Assembly (NCBI GenBank): GCA_038240075.1
Contig: JBBSEC010000006.1
Span: 70 to 64,069, forward strand
Direction: 5' to 3'
Length of the DNA stretch: 64,000 nucleotides
From: Acidimicrobiia bacterium
GTDB lineage: Bacteria > Actinomycetota > Acidimicrobiia > IMCC26256 > PALSA-610
Positions within the stretch are counted from its first letter, which is position 1, and each line of letters opens with the position of its first letter. Under the pieces are notes generated by a model. That model saw nothing but the letters and a program-made list of their open reading frames with translations, made no database searches and had not been told where the DNA came from. A program made the translations under genes and the position numbers. Below, in pieces: positions 26,593 to 33,735 of the stretch.

Positions 26593-27588
26593 TCAGCTCG
26601 GCTGCAGGATGATCTTGCCGACGGTCGCGTCGGACGCGAGGCGGTCGTACGCCTCGGTGGCCTGCTCGAGCGGCATGATCGAGTCGACGACCGGTGCGAT
26701 TGTGCCCGCGGCGAGCAACGGCACGACATCACGCACGAACGCGTCGGTCGCGTGCGTTTTCTCTTCGAGCGTGCGGGGTCGCAGCACGGTGCCGAACATG
26801 CGCAGTCGCCGTTGCATCACGGTGAGGACCGGCAGCGTGGCGGTGCCGCCCGCGAGTGTGCCGATGAGCACGATGCGGCCACGCGGCGCGGCGGCGGCGA
26901 CATCGGCTTCGACGTACGCGCCCGCGACGAGATCGAGCACGACGTCGACTCCGCCGCCCGCGATGCGCGTGATCTCGGCGGCCAGTGCCGCGACATCCAG
27001 CGTGCCGTCGGCAGCGGTCGGGGGCACGATGCCGTGATCGAGCCCGAGGGGCCGGCACTGCTCGAGCTTCTCGGCGCTACGCGACGTGCCGATCACGCGT
27101 GCACCGAGCGCCTTCCCGAGTTGGAGCGCCGCGGTGCCGACGCCCGAACCGACCGCATGCACGAGCACCCATTCGCCGTCGGTGAAGCCGGCCTGTGTGC
27201 ACATCGCGTCGTGCGCAGTGAGGAACGCCTCGGGGACGCCGCCCATCGTCGTGAGGTCGAAGCCGTCGGGAACGATCACGCACTGGCCCACCGGTACGGT
27301 CACCAACTCGGCCTGGCCGCCGCCGCCGATGATGCCGAACACGGCGGCGCCGATGGCCGGCCACGTGACGCCATCGCCGAGCGCGACGACGGTGCCGGCG
27401 AACTCCATGCCGGGGATGTCGGGCGGCGAGCCGGGCGGCGCCGGGTAGAAGCCCGCGCGCTGCATCAGGTCGGCGCGGTTGAGGCCGGCGCCCGACACCT
27501 TCACCAGCACCTCGCCGGGCCCTGGTTGCGGATCGGGGTGATCGCGAACCTCGATCGCTCCGTCTCCGACCGTCGTCACTGCTCGCAT
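26593..27588 (-). CDS. NADPH:quinone oxidoreductase (zeta-crystallin-type MDR)
   Basis: MDR fold lacking Zn ligands: GAGLNRADL, HAVGSGVGTAALQLGK, GKIIL C-terminus. Confidence 0.9.
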   Translation of the reverse strand: MRAVTTVGDGAIEVRDHPDPQPGPGEVLVKVSGAGLNRADLMQRAGFYPAPPGSPPDIPGMEFAGTVVALGDGVTWPAIGAAVFGIIGGGGQAELVTVPVGQCVIVPDGFDLTTMGGVPEAFLTAHDAMCTQAGFTDGEWVLVHAVGSGVGTAALQLGKALGARVIGTSRSAEKLEQCRPLGLDHGIVPPTAADGTLDVAALAAEITRIAGGGVDVVLDLVAGAYVEADVAAAAPRGRIVLIGTLAGGTATLPVLTVMQRRLRMFGTVLRPRTLEEKTHATDAFVRDVVPLLAAGTIAPVVDSIMPLEQATEAYDRLASDATVGKIILQPS

Positions 27589-27595
27589 CGCGCCG

Positions 27596-27601
27596 AACCT
27601 A
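27596..27601 (-). promoter_or_regulatory. Putative -10 hexamer for leaderless quinone oxidoreductase gene
   Basis: TAGGTT (minus strand) ends 7 nt before ATG 27588. Confidence 0.3.
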
Positions 27602-27630
27602 CTGCGCGCAGCCGATCACCCGACCCTCGT

Positions 27631-28773
27631 TCAGGTGCTGCCGATATGTCGGCGGTCGGGGTTGGTGACGGTGAGGGTGGTGCCGTCGAAGGTTGCGTGC
27701 CAGTCGGGTTTGTGGAGGATGTGGTGGTGGTAGTCGCAGAGGAGGACGAGGTTGTCGACGATGGTGGGGCCGGCGGGGAACTCGATGACGTGGTGGACTT
27801 GGCCGTGGGTGCGGTCGCAGCCGGGATATCGGCACCGGCCGTGATCACGGAAGATCACCGCTCGTCGTAACTTGCGTGAGGGCCGGTAGACGGCGGCACC
27901 GACGTCGAGCGGCTTGCCGTCCGAACCGGTGACGATGATCTGGAGTTTCGAGTCGCAGAGCAGCTCGCTGATCTGACTGGAGGTGAGCGACAGCTCGCCG
28001 GTCGTCTCGAACTCGCCGCTGACGAGCGCTTCGAGCGGGACGGTGATCGCGATGTGGGGTCGTTCGCCGTCCTCGGTCGGGCTCTCGCCGCGGTCGAGGA
28101 ACGACCGGCCGAGCCGCGCGGCTGCGGCGGCGCGGCGTTGCGCGAGGGTGCGGGGGTCGTCGGGGTCGGGCTTGTCGGTGGCGGCGTCGATCGCCTCCTT
28201 GAGCGTCGCGCCGGCGAGCGCGTCGAGGTCACCCTTGAGTGCCCAGCGGTTCCCGACGTGTGACAGGTACAGGCCGTTCTTGTCTTCCGGTGGCTTGTCG
28301 TCGAGTTCGTCGCAGAGCGTCTGGTACTTGCGGATCATCGCGTCGAGCGCCACGACATCACGCGCGGCCGCGAAGGCGACCATCCCGTCTTCCATCGTCG
28401 CGTACATGTCTTCATGACCGGCCCGACACCCCTGACAGATCGTCGTCGCGGCGTTCGCGGAGATCTCCCCCTGCGCCCACGCCTTCGCCATCAGCGGCAA
28501 CGACTCACAGGCCTTCCCCACCGCGAGACAGACACGCGCGTCGCGGACGCGTTGTCCGGTCTGGAACTGCACCCACATCGGGGTCGTGCTCGCACCCTCA
28601 CCCTTGGGAACCCCACGGCGGTGCAACGCGACGAGCATCGTGGCCGCGTGGCTCTCGAGCCGGTCGACCTCGCGGCGCGCCTCGATGAAACGCGCGCGCA
28701 ACTCCCCGTCGCACAACCCGCTCGCGTCGACGTCGACGAGCTGGTCGACCACGGTCATGAGGGCTGCGGACAT
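27631..28773 (-). CDS. DUF222 + HNH endonuclease domain protein (mycobacterial 13E12-repeat-type family)
   Basis: C-terminal HNH block RCRYPGCDRTHGQVHHVIEFPAGPTIVDNLVLLCDYHHHILH and a DUF222-like N-terminal region. A decayed paralog lies at 47591-48578. Confidence 0.85.
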   Translation of the reverse strand: MSAALMTVVDQLVDVDASGLCDGELRARFIEARREVDRLESHAATMLVALHRRGVPKGEGASTTPMWVQFQTGQRVRDARVCLAVGKACESLPLMAKAWAQGEISANAATTICQGCRAGHEDMYATMEDGMVAFAAARDVVALDAMIRKYQTLCDELDDKPPEDKNGLYLSHVGNRWALKGDLDALAGATLKEAIDAATDKPDPDDPRTLAQRRAAAAARLGRSFLDRGESPTEDGERPHIAITVPLEALVSGEFETTGELSLTSSQISELLCDSKLQIIVTGSDGKPLDVGAAVYRPSRKLRRAVIFRDHGRCRYPGCDRTHGQVHHVIEFPAGPTIVDNLVLLCDYHHHILHKPDWHATFDGTTLTVTNPDRRHIGST

Positions 28774-28779
28774 GTCCCA

Positions 28780-28785
28780 ATGATA
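28780..28785 (-). promoter_or_regulatory. Putative -10 hexamer for leaderless HNH gene
   Basis: TATCAT (minus strand) ends 6 nt before ATG 28773, directly downstream of the SOS box. Confidence 0.4.
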
Positions 28786-28787
28786 CA

Positions 28788-28802
28788 CGAACGTACGTTC
28801 GA
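28788..28802 (-). promoter_or_regulatory. LexA operator (actinobacterial SOS box TCGAAC-N4-GTTCGA)
   Basis: Minus strand reads TCGAACGTACGTTCG, a near-perfect match to the mycobacterial SOS-box consensus. It lies 15-29 nt upstream of the HNH start codon. Confidence 0.7.
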
Positions 28803-28850
28803 TAACAGGCAGAAAACGCAACAACGACAGGCGCGATTAGCCCCGTCCTG

Positions 28851-29396
28851 CTATGGCTGCCAGCGGACGGCACCGTCTGCGCACCACGACGTCGTTGCGG
28901 CTTGGGCGCCGGCATGACACGCGCCGTCGATGAGTCGCCGGTTGCCAATCGGCTGGCCGAGGTCGACCGCGAACGGAGCCGGGCGGTTGCCTTGGCAGGT
29001 GTAAGCGCCGGGGGGAAGTGCTGCGACCGTGAAGGTCACGGTGATGTTGGCCTCACCGCGGTCGATCGTCGGCTCGAGCACGGTTCCGGTCTGCCCGCCG
29101 CTGCACGAAAGTCGGCTCACGTACGCGGTGAACGACGTGGAACGACTCGTGATCTGCTGCGCGGGACCAACGGGAGGCCCGACGTTCCAGGTCGCGGTGT
29201 CACCGGTCGGCGCATCTGACTGAGGCACCGTCGAGCTCGGCGCGCTCGAAGCGGGCGCGGTCGGCCGGCTCGAGGACGTTGGCGAAGCCGCATGCTGAGA
29301 CGAGCCGCACGCACCGACCAGCAGAACGAGGATCACGGCAGACGCGTGTCGTCTCATGCTGTCTCTGACGCTCAGCCGCCACTCGATGTTCGGCAC
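28851..29396 (-). CDS. Lipoprotein, function unknown
   Basis: Lipobox LLVGACGSS, a S/P/T-rich linker and a Cys-containing ~110-aa domain. GTG 29396 has GAGGTG upstream; ATG 29357 is an alternative. Confidence 0.6.
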   Translation of the reverse strand: MPNIEWRLSVRDSMRRHASAVILVLLVGACGSSQHAASPTSSSRPTAPASSAPSSTVPQSDAPTGDTATWNVGPPVGPAQQITSRSTSFTAYVSRLSCSGGQTGTVLEPTIDRGEANITVTFTVAALPPGAYTCQGNRPAPFAVDLGQPIGNRRLIDGACHAGAQAATTSWCADGAVRWQP

Positions 29397-29437
29397 TCGC
29401 GCTTCACCTCACACCGAGCCGACGCCGCGGGCGAGCC

Positions 29438-29485
29438 TTTTGTTCGGTGCTCGATGCCCGTAGGGGGCACTCAAAGCCGAACAAA
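29438..29485. repeat. Intergenic hairpin element, copy A (TTTGTTCGG ... AGGGGGCACT ... CCGAACAAA)
   Basis: 9-bp inverted arms TTTGTTCGG/CCGAACAAA around a ~30-nt interior. Same arms and the AGGGGG(C)ACT core occur at 37908-37955. Confidence 0.7.
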
Positions 29486-29496
29486 CGAGCGCGGAG

Positions 29497-30729
29497 TCAG
29501 GGTTTGCCGCCGGCGACGCCGGCCATCGGGATCACGGCCGAGGTGGACGGCGGGGGAGCCGCGGCCGCGATCACGGCGACCATCGTCTCGGTGACCGGGT
29601 CGCCGGTGCTCGTCCGGCCGGTGAAGACGTACGTCGGCACGATGTCGACGACCGCACTCCTGTCGGCCGACGCGGGCACGGCCGCATACCCCAGGGTCAC
29701 CCGCTCGATGGTGACCGTGATCGGCGCGGGCGCCGCGCCGCCGGTGATGCCGAGTGCCTCGCGCGCTCCCATCGGCAGCGGGCTGTTGCTGTGACCGATG
29801 CCCGCGGTGAGGTCGGCGATCACGGCGGCGACTGAGCGCAACGGGTAGTGGCCGAGCGGGTGCACCGTCGTCCACAAACCGGAGGCGCTGTCGATGCGGC
29901 CGTTGTCGCCGATCTCCACTTGCCACGAGAGGCCGTCGACGGCGACCGAGTGGAACGTCGGGTGGAGCACGACGACGCGCGTCGTCAGCAAGACGTCAGG
30001 TGTCGCGCACGGCTGCGGGGCACACGCGACCGCGCCGTACGCGGAGTCGTAGGCCGTGGCCGACCACGATCCGTCGGCGACGCCGAGTTTCGTGAGCAGG
30101 GTCCGCGCGATCTGTTCGGCGTGCCCGGTCGGCGGCAGGTGGGGCGCCGGGATCTGGGGTGTGGTCTCGATCGGCAGGGACGCGGGTGGAGCGACGCCGC
30201 CGCCCTGAGGGCTCGGAGGGCTCGGCGGGCTCGGCGGAACCGCGACCGCGTCCCCGGAGCCGCCGGAGCCGGTCGAGCCGGTCGAGCCGGTCGAGCCGGG
30301 AACCGATCCCGCGGCGCGGCCGCCCGCGTCGAACCCGTACGCGACATCCCAACCGCCGGGAACCGGCGTGAGGGTCAGTTGGGCGGTGCCGTCGGTCACC
30401 CGCCAGCCCGGGTGGGTGTCGATGGCGGCACCTTTGAGCCCGAGCGCGCGGGCCATATCGGCGACCCGCGACGCGTCGATCGAAGGAACCTCGAGCCGAG
30501 CCACGGGCGCGTCGGAGCCGAGGTCGGACGCCGGGACGGAGAGGCGGTAGTGGTACGGCACCGGTTCGCCGATGGGTGCGAGCGCGGCATCGGAGACCAC
30601 CTTCCCGCGGGAGACCAGCACCAGCGGCGGGCGGGTGTGGCTCCGGGTCGCGGCGGCGACACCGACGACCGCCACCGCGACGACGAGGCTGCTGACGGCG
30701 GCGGCGGCGATCCGGCGGGGTTGGCGCAT
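29497..30729 (-). CDS. Membrane-anchored extracytoplasmic protein with low-complexity G/S/T and P/S repeats, function unknown
   Basis: ATG 30729 gives MRQPRRIAAAAVSSLVVAVAVVGVAA (signal anchor). Central GSTGSTGSTGSGGSG and PPSPPSPPSP runs. No family recognised. Confidence 0.55.
   Translation of the reverse strand: MRQPRRIAAAAVSSLVVAVAVVGVAAATRSHTRPPLVLVSRGKVVSDAALAPIGEPVPYHYRLSVPASDLGSDAPVARLEVPSIDASRVADMARALGLKGAAIDTHPGWRVTDGTAQLTLTPVPGGWDVAYGFDAGGRAAGSVPGSTGSTGSTGSGGSGDAVAVPPSPPSPPSPQGGGVAPPASLPIETTPQIPAPHLPPTGHAEQIARTLLTKLGVADGSWSATAYDSAYGAVACAPQPCATPDVLLTTRVVVLHPTFHSVAVDGLSWQVEIGDNGRIDSASGLWTTVHPLGHYPLRSVAAVIADLTAGIGHSNSPLPMGAREALGITGGAAPAPITVTIERVTLGYAAVPASADRSAVVDIVPTYVFTGRTSTGDPVTETMVAVIAAAAPPPSTSAVIPMAGVAGGKP
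30209..30297. repeat. In-frame 9-nt tandem repeats inside CDS 29497-30729
   Basis: GGGCTCGG(A/C) x3 at 30209-30235 and a perfect GGTCGAGCC x3 at 30271-30297. These encode the PSP and GST repeats on the minus strand. Confidence 0.8.
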
Positions 30730-30801
30730 GCCGAGTCTGACGACCGCACGGCGGTCGAAGTTCCGCACCGGCAGGAGCCTCGGGCGGGCGGCGCCAGCTA
30801 C

Positions 30802-30807
30802 TACGGT
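30802..30807 (+). promoter_or_regulatory. Putative -10 hexamer for leaderless small ORF
   Basis: TACGGT ends 7 nt before GTG 30815. Confidence 0.3.
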
Positions 30808-30814
30808 CGGCGCC

Positions 30815-31168
30815 GTGGCCGAGCCGGCGTTGCGCATCGTCGACGAGGAGCAGAACGAGGTCGGCCTCGACCAGGCCGAAACCGACGCGCTCCTCGCCAT
30901 CACCGCCGGTCTGGAGGCCGCAACCGTCTCCGCGTGCCCCGACTGCCACAGCCGCGTGCTCGCGGCCGTGGCCCTGGTCGACCTCGTCGAGATCTCGGCT
31001 CCGCACCCCCGCGCCGCGGAGCTCCTGGAGCTTGCCGACGAGGCTCCGACCCTGCACCTCTACGTTGTCGACGAGGCGACCGAGTGCCGCCATCGATCGT
31101 GGCTCGACCCTCTGTACGCCGAATGGCTCGACGTCGTCGACGGCGCCTCGGGCCCACCGGTGAGATGA
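30815..31168 (+). CDS. Small acidic Cys/His-containing hypothetical protein (117 aa)
   Basis: Strong GC third-position bias over the segment. Contains CPDCH and ECRH motifs. Its stop overlaps the sulfotransferase start (ATGA at 31165-31168). No family recognised. Confidence 0.5.
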   Translation: MAEPALRIVDEEQNEVGLDQAETDALLAITAGLEAATVSACPDCHSRVLAAVALVDLVEISAPHPRAAELLELADEAPTLHLYVVDEATECRHRSWLDPLYAEWLDVVDGASGPPVR

Positions 31169-32022
31169 GCGGTCTTCGGGAGCGCTTGTCGCGGGTGCGT
31201 GATCGTGGGCGTCCCGCGCGTCGCGTCGCGCCCCTCTACTTCATGCACATCATGAAGACCGGCGGCACCGCGCTCACGACCGCATTGGCGCGCGCGTCCG
31301 ACAACGCAGGGAACGGCACCGCGGTCACCGAAGTCTTCCTCGATCAGTTCGTCCAGCGTGACCGCAGGGATTGGAACCGCGTTGCCTTCGTCACCGGTCA
31401 CCTGCCGTGGGAAGCGCGCAGTCTGCTCCCACCCGCGACCCGTACCGTCACCGTGCTGCGCGACCCGGTGTCGCGCACGCTCTCGCACTACTGGCAGCTG
31501 AGCGTCAACCCCGACGTGCAGGCAGAATCGCCCGGCTTCTCGCTCGAGGAGTTCGTCGAGTCGCCGCGCTGGAACACGTTGTGCCGGGACTATCAGGCGC
31601 GTCAGCTCGCGCACCGCATCGATCTCGCGAACGCGGGCAAGACCTACTCGCCCGCGGAGCGCTTTGCGGGTCTCGGGCCGCCATTCCCGCGCGAGCACCA
31701 GTACCCGTTGCAGAGCCTCTTCGACTGCTCGCCGATGACCTTGAGCGGAGCGGCCCTCGAGCGCGCCGCGCTGCAATCGCTCTCCGAGATCGAGTTCGTC
31801 GGGGTCACCGCGCACCTCGACGCGCTCTACAGCCAGGTCGCCGAGGGCGTGTGGGGGTTGCACGAGCTCCCGCTGCTCGGGCACGAGAACACGTCGCCCG
31901 ACCGGCCGCGGCGCGCGACCATCTCCGGTGATCTGCTGCGCAAGATCGAATCGATGACGACGGTCGACCGCGCGCTCTACGAAGCCGCGCTGCGCCGCGC
32001 CCCGGTCGACGAGATCACCTGA
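31165..32022 (+). CDS. Sulfotransferase family 2 protein
   Basis: PAPS-binding loop FMHIMKTGGTALT near the N-terminus and an RDPVSR 3'-phosphate-binding-like motif. Only the last 285 codons of the 724-aa ORF are accepted. Confidence 0.8.
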   Translation: MSGLRERLSRVRDRGRPARRVAPLYFMHIMKTGGTALTTALARASDNAGNGTAVTEVFLDQFVQRDRRDWNRVAFVTGHLPWEARSLLPPATRTVTVLRDPVSRTLSHYWQLSVNPDVQAESPGFSLEEFVESPRWNTLCRDYQARQLAHRIDLANAGKTYSPAERFAGLGPPFPREHQYPLQSLFDCSPMTLSGAALERAALQSLSEIEFVGVTAHLDALYSQVAEGVWGLHELPLLGHENTSPDRPRRATISGDLLRKIESMTTVDRALYEAALRRAPVDEIT

Positions 32023-32038
32023 GACGCGACACGCGCAG

Positions 32039-32980
32039 TTACTCGAACAGCAGGCTGATGCTCTCGCGGTTGTAGATGCGGCGGATGGCCTCGCCGAAGA
32101 GTCCGGCGACGGAGATCACCTCGACGTTCGCGGGCAGCGCGACCGGCTGGGTCTCGACGGTGTCGGTGATGAAGAGCCGCTCGATCGGGCTCGCCGCGAG
32201 CCGTTCGACCGCCGTGGCCGTGATGAGCCCGTGCGTCACCATCGCGTATACCGACGCCGCGCCGCGGTCGACGAGGATGCGCGCGGCGTCGGCCAGTGAT
32301 CCGGCCGAGATGGTGAAGTCGTCGACGATGAGCGCGGTCTTGCCGCTGACGTCGCCGATCAACTCGGTGACCTCGGCGGTCTCGGAGTGATCGGCGCGCC
32401 GCTTCTCGGCGATCGCGTACGTCGTTCCGAGTCGGGCCGCGAACGCGCGTGCCTTCTTCGCGAAGCCCGCGTCGGGCGCCACGACCACGAGGTCGGGCAG
32501 CGCCTTGGCGGTGATGGCCTCGCACAGGATCGGCAGCGCGTAGAGATCGTCGACGGGCACGTGGAAGAAGCCCTGGAGCTGTGGCGCGTGCAGGTCCATG
32601 GTGACGACTCGGTCGACGCCGGCACTCTCGATCGCGTCGGCGCACACGCGGGCCCGGATCGAGACCCGGGGTTCGTCCTTCTTGTCGCCCTTCGCGTAGC
32701 TGAAGTACGGGATGACGGCGGTGACCGATGCCGCGCTCGCGCGCTTCAGCGCGTCGATCCAGAACAGCAGCTCCATGAAGTTGTCGTTCGCGGGGAACGC
32801 GGTGCCCTGCACGAGGAAGACATGACGGCCGCGCACGTTCTCGAGCACCCGCACGAAGAGGTTGCCCTCGGAGAACCGCAGCGTCTCGCTGGCACCGAGC
32901 GGGCGCCCGAGGTACTCGGCGATGGCGGTGCCGAGCCGGATGCTTGCGGAGCCTGCGAAGAGCAGGAACTCGTCGTCCAC
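32039..32980 (-). CDS. prs: Ribose-phosphate pyrophosphokinase
   Basis: Full-length Prs pattern: RFSEGN, DLHAPQLQGFF, PRPP loop IVDDFTISAGSL. Confidence 0.9.
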   Translation of the reverse strand: MDDEFLLFAGSASIRLGTAIAEYLGRPLGASETLRFSEGNLFVRVLENVRGRHVFLVQGTAFPANDNFMELLFWIDALKRASAASVTAVIPYFSYAKGDKKDEPRVSIRARVCADAIESAGVDRVVTMDLHAPQLQGFFHVPVDDLYALPILCEAITAKALPDLVVVAPDAGFAKKARAFAARLGTTYAIAEKRRADHSETAEVTELIGDVSGKTALIVDDFTISAGSLADAARILVDRGAASVYAMVTHGLITATAVERLAASPIERLFITDTVETQPVALPANVEVISVAGLFGEAIRRIYNRESISLLFE

Positions 32981-32986
32981 ACGGTC

Positions 32987-32992
32987 AGCGTA
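32987..32992 (-). promoter_or_regulatory. Putative -10 hexamer for leaderless prs
   Basis: TACGCT (minus strand) ends 6 nt before GTG 32980. Confidence 0.35.
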
Positions 32993-33018
32993 GGCGGCCT
33001 CGGCAATACTCGTCGGTC

Positions 33019-33693
33019 TTGGCTGAGCCCGCTCGTCCCGCGACGGTTTCGGCGCCGCGCCTCGCGGCGGCGTTGGCCGATGTCGCGCACGACTCGCTGC
33101 AGGCGGGCGACGAGTGGCAGGACCAACGGGTCGGGTCCGCGGACCTCGTCGACGTCGAAGCCGACCGGGTCGAGATCACCGGGTGCGAGTTGCGCGGCGT
33201 GCGTCTCACCGGGAGCCGGCTCGAGCACCTGCGGCTCGTCGACGTGCTCCTCGTCGACTGCGAGCTCTCGGGTGCGATCCTCACCGAGGCGACGCTATGG
33301 CGAGTGGAGTTCCGCAACTGCCGGATGTCGGGGCTCGTGATCTCCGACTCGAAGCTGCGGGATGTGCGCTTTCACGAATGCAAGCTCGACGACGCCAACG
33401 TTCGCTTCGTGAAGGCGGAGCGCGTCGAGCTCGACGGCTGCTCGCTCGTCGAAGCCGACCTCACGGAGTCGACGTTCAAGGCGAGTGCGTTCCTCGGGTG
33501 CGACCTGCGCCGGACCGTGTTGACGAAGGCGTCGATGCGGGGAACCCGGCTCGCCGGTTCGAACGTCGAAGAGCTCATCGGGGCCGGCGCGTTGCGGGGC
33601 GTGATCGTCGGAACCGATCAGGTGCTGCCGCTCGCGCTCTCGGTGTTCGCGGATTTCGGCATCGTGGTGCGCGACGAAGACGATCCCGTTTGA
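33019..33693 (+). CDS. Pentapeptide-repeat protein
   Basis: Long run of A(D/N)LxX pentapeptides (CELRGVRLTGSRLEHLRLVDVLLVDCELSGAILTEATLWRVEFRNCRMSG...). Start uncertain: TTG 33019 or TTG 33073. Confidence 0.7.
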   Translation: MAEPARPATVSAPRLAAALADVAHDSLQAGDEWQDQRVGSADLVDVEADRVEITGCELRGVRLTGSRLEHLRLVDVLLVDCELSGAILTEATLWRVEFRNCRMSGLVISDSKLRDVRFHECKLDDANVRFVKAERVELDGCSLVEADLTESTFKASAFLGCDLRRTVLTKASMRGTRLAGSNVEELIGAGALRGVIVGTDQVLPLALSVFADFGIVVRDEDDPV

Positions 33694-33735
33694 CGGTCGG
33701 CGCAGTGACGGTCGGCGCAGTGACCGTCAGCGCAC
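33691..33735. repeat. 3 x 15-nt direct tandem repeat at a convergent gene junction
   Basis: TGACGGTCGGCGCAG, TGACGGTCGGCGCAG, TGACCGTCAGCGCAC. Unit 1 contains the stop of the + gene (33691-33693). Unit 3 contains the stop of the - gene (33727-33729). Confidence 0.9.

Noticed and set aside
25845-26732. Upstream extension of the thiolase ORF (691 aa total).
   Set aside because: Arg-rich sequence antisense to the lipoprotein and quinone oxidoreductase genes. The thiolase alignment starts at MAQLADTDVVIVEAVRSPLG, with GGAGG upstream.
29848-31164. First 439 codons of the 724-aa ORF that ends as the sulfotransferase.
   Set aside because: This part is antisense to the better-supported gene 29497-30729 and overlaps the small ORF 30815-31168 in another frame. 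It is Arg/Gly-rich nonsense. The sulfotransferase homology starts only at ATG 31165.
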